The position numbers were made by a program, and so were the translations under genes. Under the pieces are notes generated by a model. It saw only the letters and a program-made list of their open reading frames with translations. It did not search any database and had not been told where the DNA came from. A stretch of DNA of 64,000 nt, taken from assembly GCF_964204645.1 (NCBI RefSeq), contig NC_134029.1, positions 9,202,850-9,266,849 of the forward strand, given 5' to 3'. Source of the DNA: Tubulanus polymorphus. Lineage: Eukaryota > Animalia > Nemertea. This document shows, in pieces, positions 63,301 through 64,000 of the stretch (within the stretch, counting starts at the first letter, position 1; each line of letters begins with the position of its first letter).

Positions 63301-63370
63301 AAGCACTGCATCAGCAAACCTTCATTGCTCTTATCTACTGCTTCATTTATTTTGGCAATCGCTGACAACA
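43450..63370 (-). CDS. IQGAP1: Ras GTPase-activating-like protein IQGAP (IQGAP1/2/3 co-ortholog), 3' 27 exons, about 1195 aa; 5' part outside the window
   Basis: Exons 63370-63207, 62920-62839, 62391-62228, 62144-62054, 61776-61609, 60897-60755, 60333-60163, 59811-59728, 59644-59573, 59231-59075, 58323-58202, 57694-57387, 57257-57183, 57082-56933, 53182-53042, 52959-52875, 52458-52294, 51697-51630, 51214-51082, 49394-49292, 48965-48824, 46522-46328, 46213-46123, 44935-44769, 44652-44533, 44371-44263 and 43566-43450 are all phase-consistent. They encode IR repeats, a WW-like domain, 4 IQ motifs (IQSQIRGYIARKRY, IQSCWRGYKDRKCY, IQAVVKMWLARGKY, IQTFWRSNKTRQDY), a GRD with YYRYINPAIVAPD, RGCT, and the C-terminus DLLQLQYEGVAVTKLFNRVRVNVNLMLFLINTKFYGGS*. 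Confidence 0.96.
45456..46076. mobile_element. Kolobok-like non-autonomous DNA transposon (621 bp)
   Basis: TTAA on both sides. 22-bp TIRs AGGGGAACTGCAGTCAAAAAAT / ATTTTTTCACTTCAGTTCCCCT with 2 mismatches. RR...YY termini with a TTAA target fit Kolobok. Confidence 0.8.
46937..48005. mobile_element. Probable second Kolobok-like MITE inserted into the LINE fragment
   Basis: Begins TTAA|AGGGCAAATGCCATCAAAAAAT, resembling the 45456 TIR. The candidate right end TGGATAATGCT|TTAA is degenerate. Confidence 0.45.
48239..48410. repeat. (ATT)n / (ATC)n microsatellite region
   Basis: Read directly. It explains the poly-N and poly-I pseudo-ORFs in the track. Confidence 0.9.
49894..51037 (-). mobile_element. 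HINE-like element with 18-bp subterminal inverted repeats, hosting a MITE
   Basis: AATTACAGGCCTCACAGC (49912-49929) pairs with GCTGTGAGGCCTGCAATT (51012-51029), 1 mismatch. The repeats are asymmetrically placed, with a short GC hairpin at one end. Confidence 0.55.
50402..50981. mobile_element. pogo/Tigger-like (Tc1/mariner superfamily) MITE, 580 bp
   Basis: TA|CCGTATTTTCCGGC.A.TAAGCCGA ... TCGGCTTATTAGCCGGAAAATACGG|TA, with internal repeated CCAATAAGC motifs. Confidence 0.8.
54377..55388 (+). mobile_element. Decayed Tc1/mariner transposon (rosa/DD41D-like), 1012 bp
   Basis: TA target duplication and perfect TIRs of about 40 bp (CAGGGTGTCCCATTAATTACTATACATAAAGAACTGCCTGT). Transposase remnants IGPYFFD, VWFQQDGA and WAPYSPDLNPLDFHLWG*LKDTVY carry stops and frameshifts. 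The second and third catalytic Asp codons (54940, 55065) are 125 nt apart, fitting D41D minus one base. Confidence 0.88.
55886..56567. mobile_element. hAT-like MITE (682 bp) with 6-bp target-site duplication
   Basis: Termini CAGAGATGAGAA ... TTCTCATTCATCCCTG. GTAAAA is duplicated (55880-55885 and 56568-56573). The other HINE copy has a single GTAAAA (empty site, about 28833-28840). Confidence 0.7.
60926..61065. mobile_element. Short MITE related to the 55886 element
   Basis: Inverted ends GAGATGTAAG ... CTTACATCTCTG. The target duplication is unclear. Confidence 0.45.
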
Positions 63371-64000
63371 CTACACAACAACGAGAAAAGAAAAACAAAT
63401 GCTTCATATACAGCTGTGGGTTCACATTTGACTTGAAACTATAGCCGCGATCACACGGAGATGATATGACTCAGGCCAAATGGCATGGCGCAGTCTCGAG
63501 TCAAATTTGGCCCATGCCTAATTACAGTGTGTTCATACCAAAATCAGTCACTCGATACTGAATGATGCTTAAGCAAAGCTTTCGGAACCAGTCGCAACTC
63601 ATACGCAATAATTTAACCAGTGCTAAAATTTGGCCCGGACCATAAAATGCTTGTGTGATCGCAGCTTATGCCACTGGGTAACACTAAATCATGTGAATTG
63701 TATATCACAATCTTATTTTCAACATTCTCTATGCAACTGAATTCTAACACTGAATGAATATATAACATCTCATAACATATAAAAAATACAAAATAGCCCA
63801 CAGTAAACATGACTTCAAATTGTTTGAATAAACAATAACAACATTCTAATTACAGCAGTTTACGATCCACTTGTTTAGTTTTGAGTTGAATTTGACTCTC
63901 GATTCAACAATCAATGTTCTACATGTACATGTAAAAACTCTCCAAGTGACTGTTACTTAACACGTGACTCTTAAACTGAACACATAAGTTATATAGACTG

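Overview
This is AT-rich, intron-rich DNA from an invertebrate animal, probably a lophotrochozoan or non-vertebrate deuterostome (inferred). It is not prokaryotic, and most ORF-track entries are exon fragments or noise. I built five spliced genes by hand, checking GT-AG boundaries and codon phase. (1) A 4-exon, apparently secreted Ig-domain protein of about 516 aa (minus, 1522-4383). (2) PRDM14, 10 exons, about 541 aa (minus, 7910-17131), with an extra C-terminal zinc-finger-like motif. (3) A CREB3/CREB3L3/CREB3L4-type membrane-bound bZIP factor, 8 coding exons, about 545 aa (plus, 27454-36595). (4) A C15orf61 homolog, 2 coding exons, 144 aa (plus, 39436-40388). (5) The 3' 27 exons of an IQGAP gene (minus, 43450-63370), whose 5' end lies beyond the window. 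Introns hold many non-autonomous transposons: Helentron/HINE-like elements with internal satellite arrays, a decayed DD41D-like Tc1/mariner, Kolobok-, pogo- and hAT-like MITEs, and a LINE remnant, some nested in each other. The best candidate for something new is C15orf61. It begins at an orphan splice acceptor with no visible promoter, and splicing from a CREB3L phase-1 donor would give a TAATG stop/start overlap, suggesting a bicistronic or shared-promoter unit. This is a hypothesis that needs transcript data.
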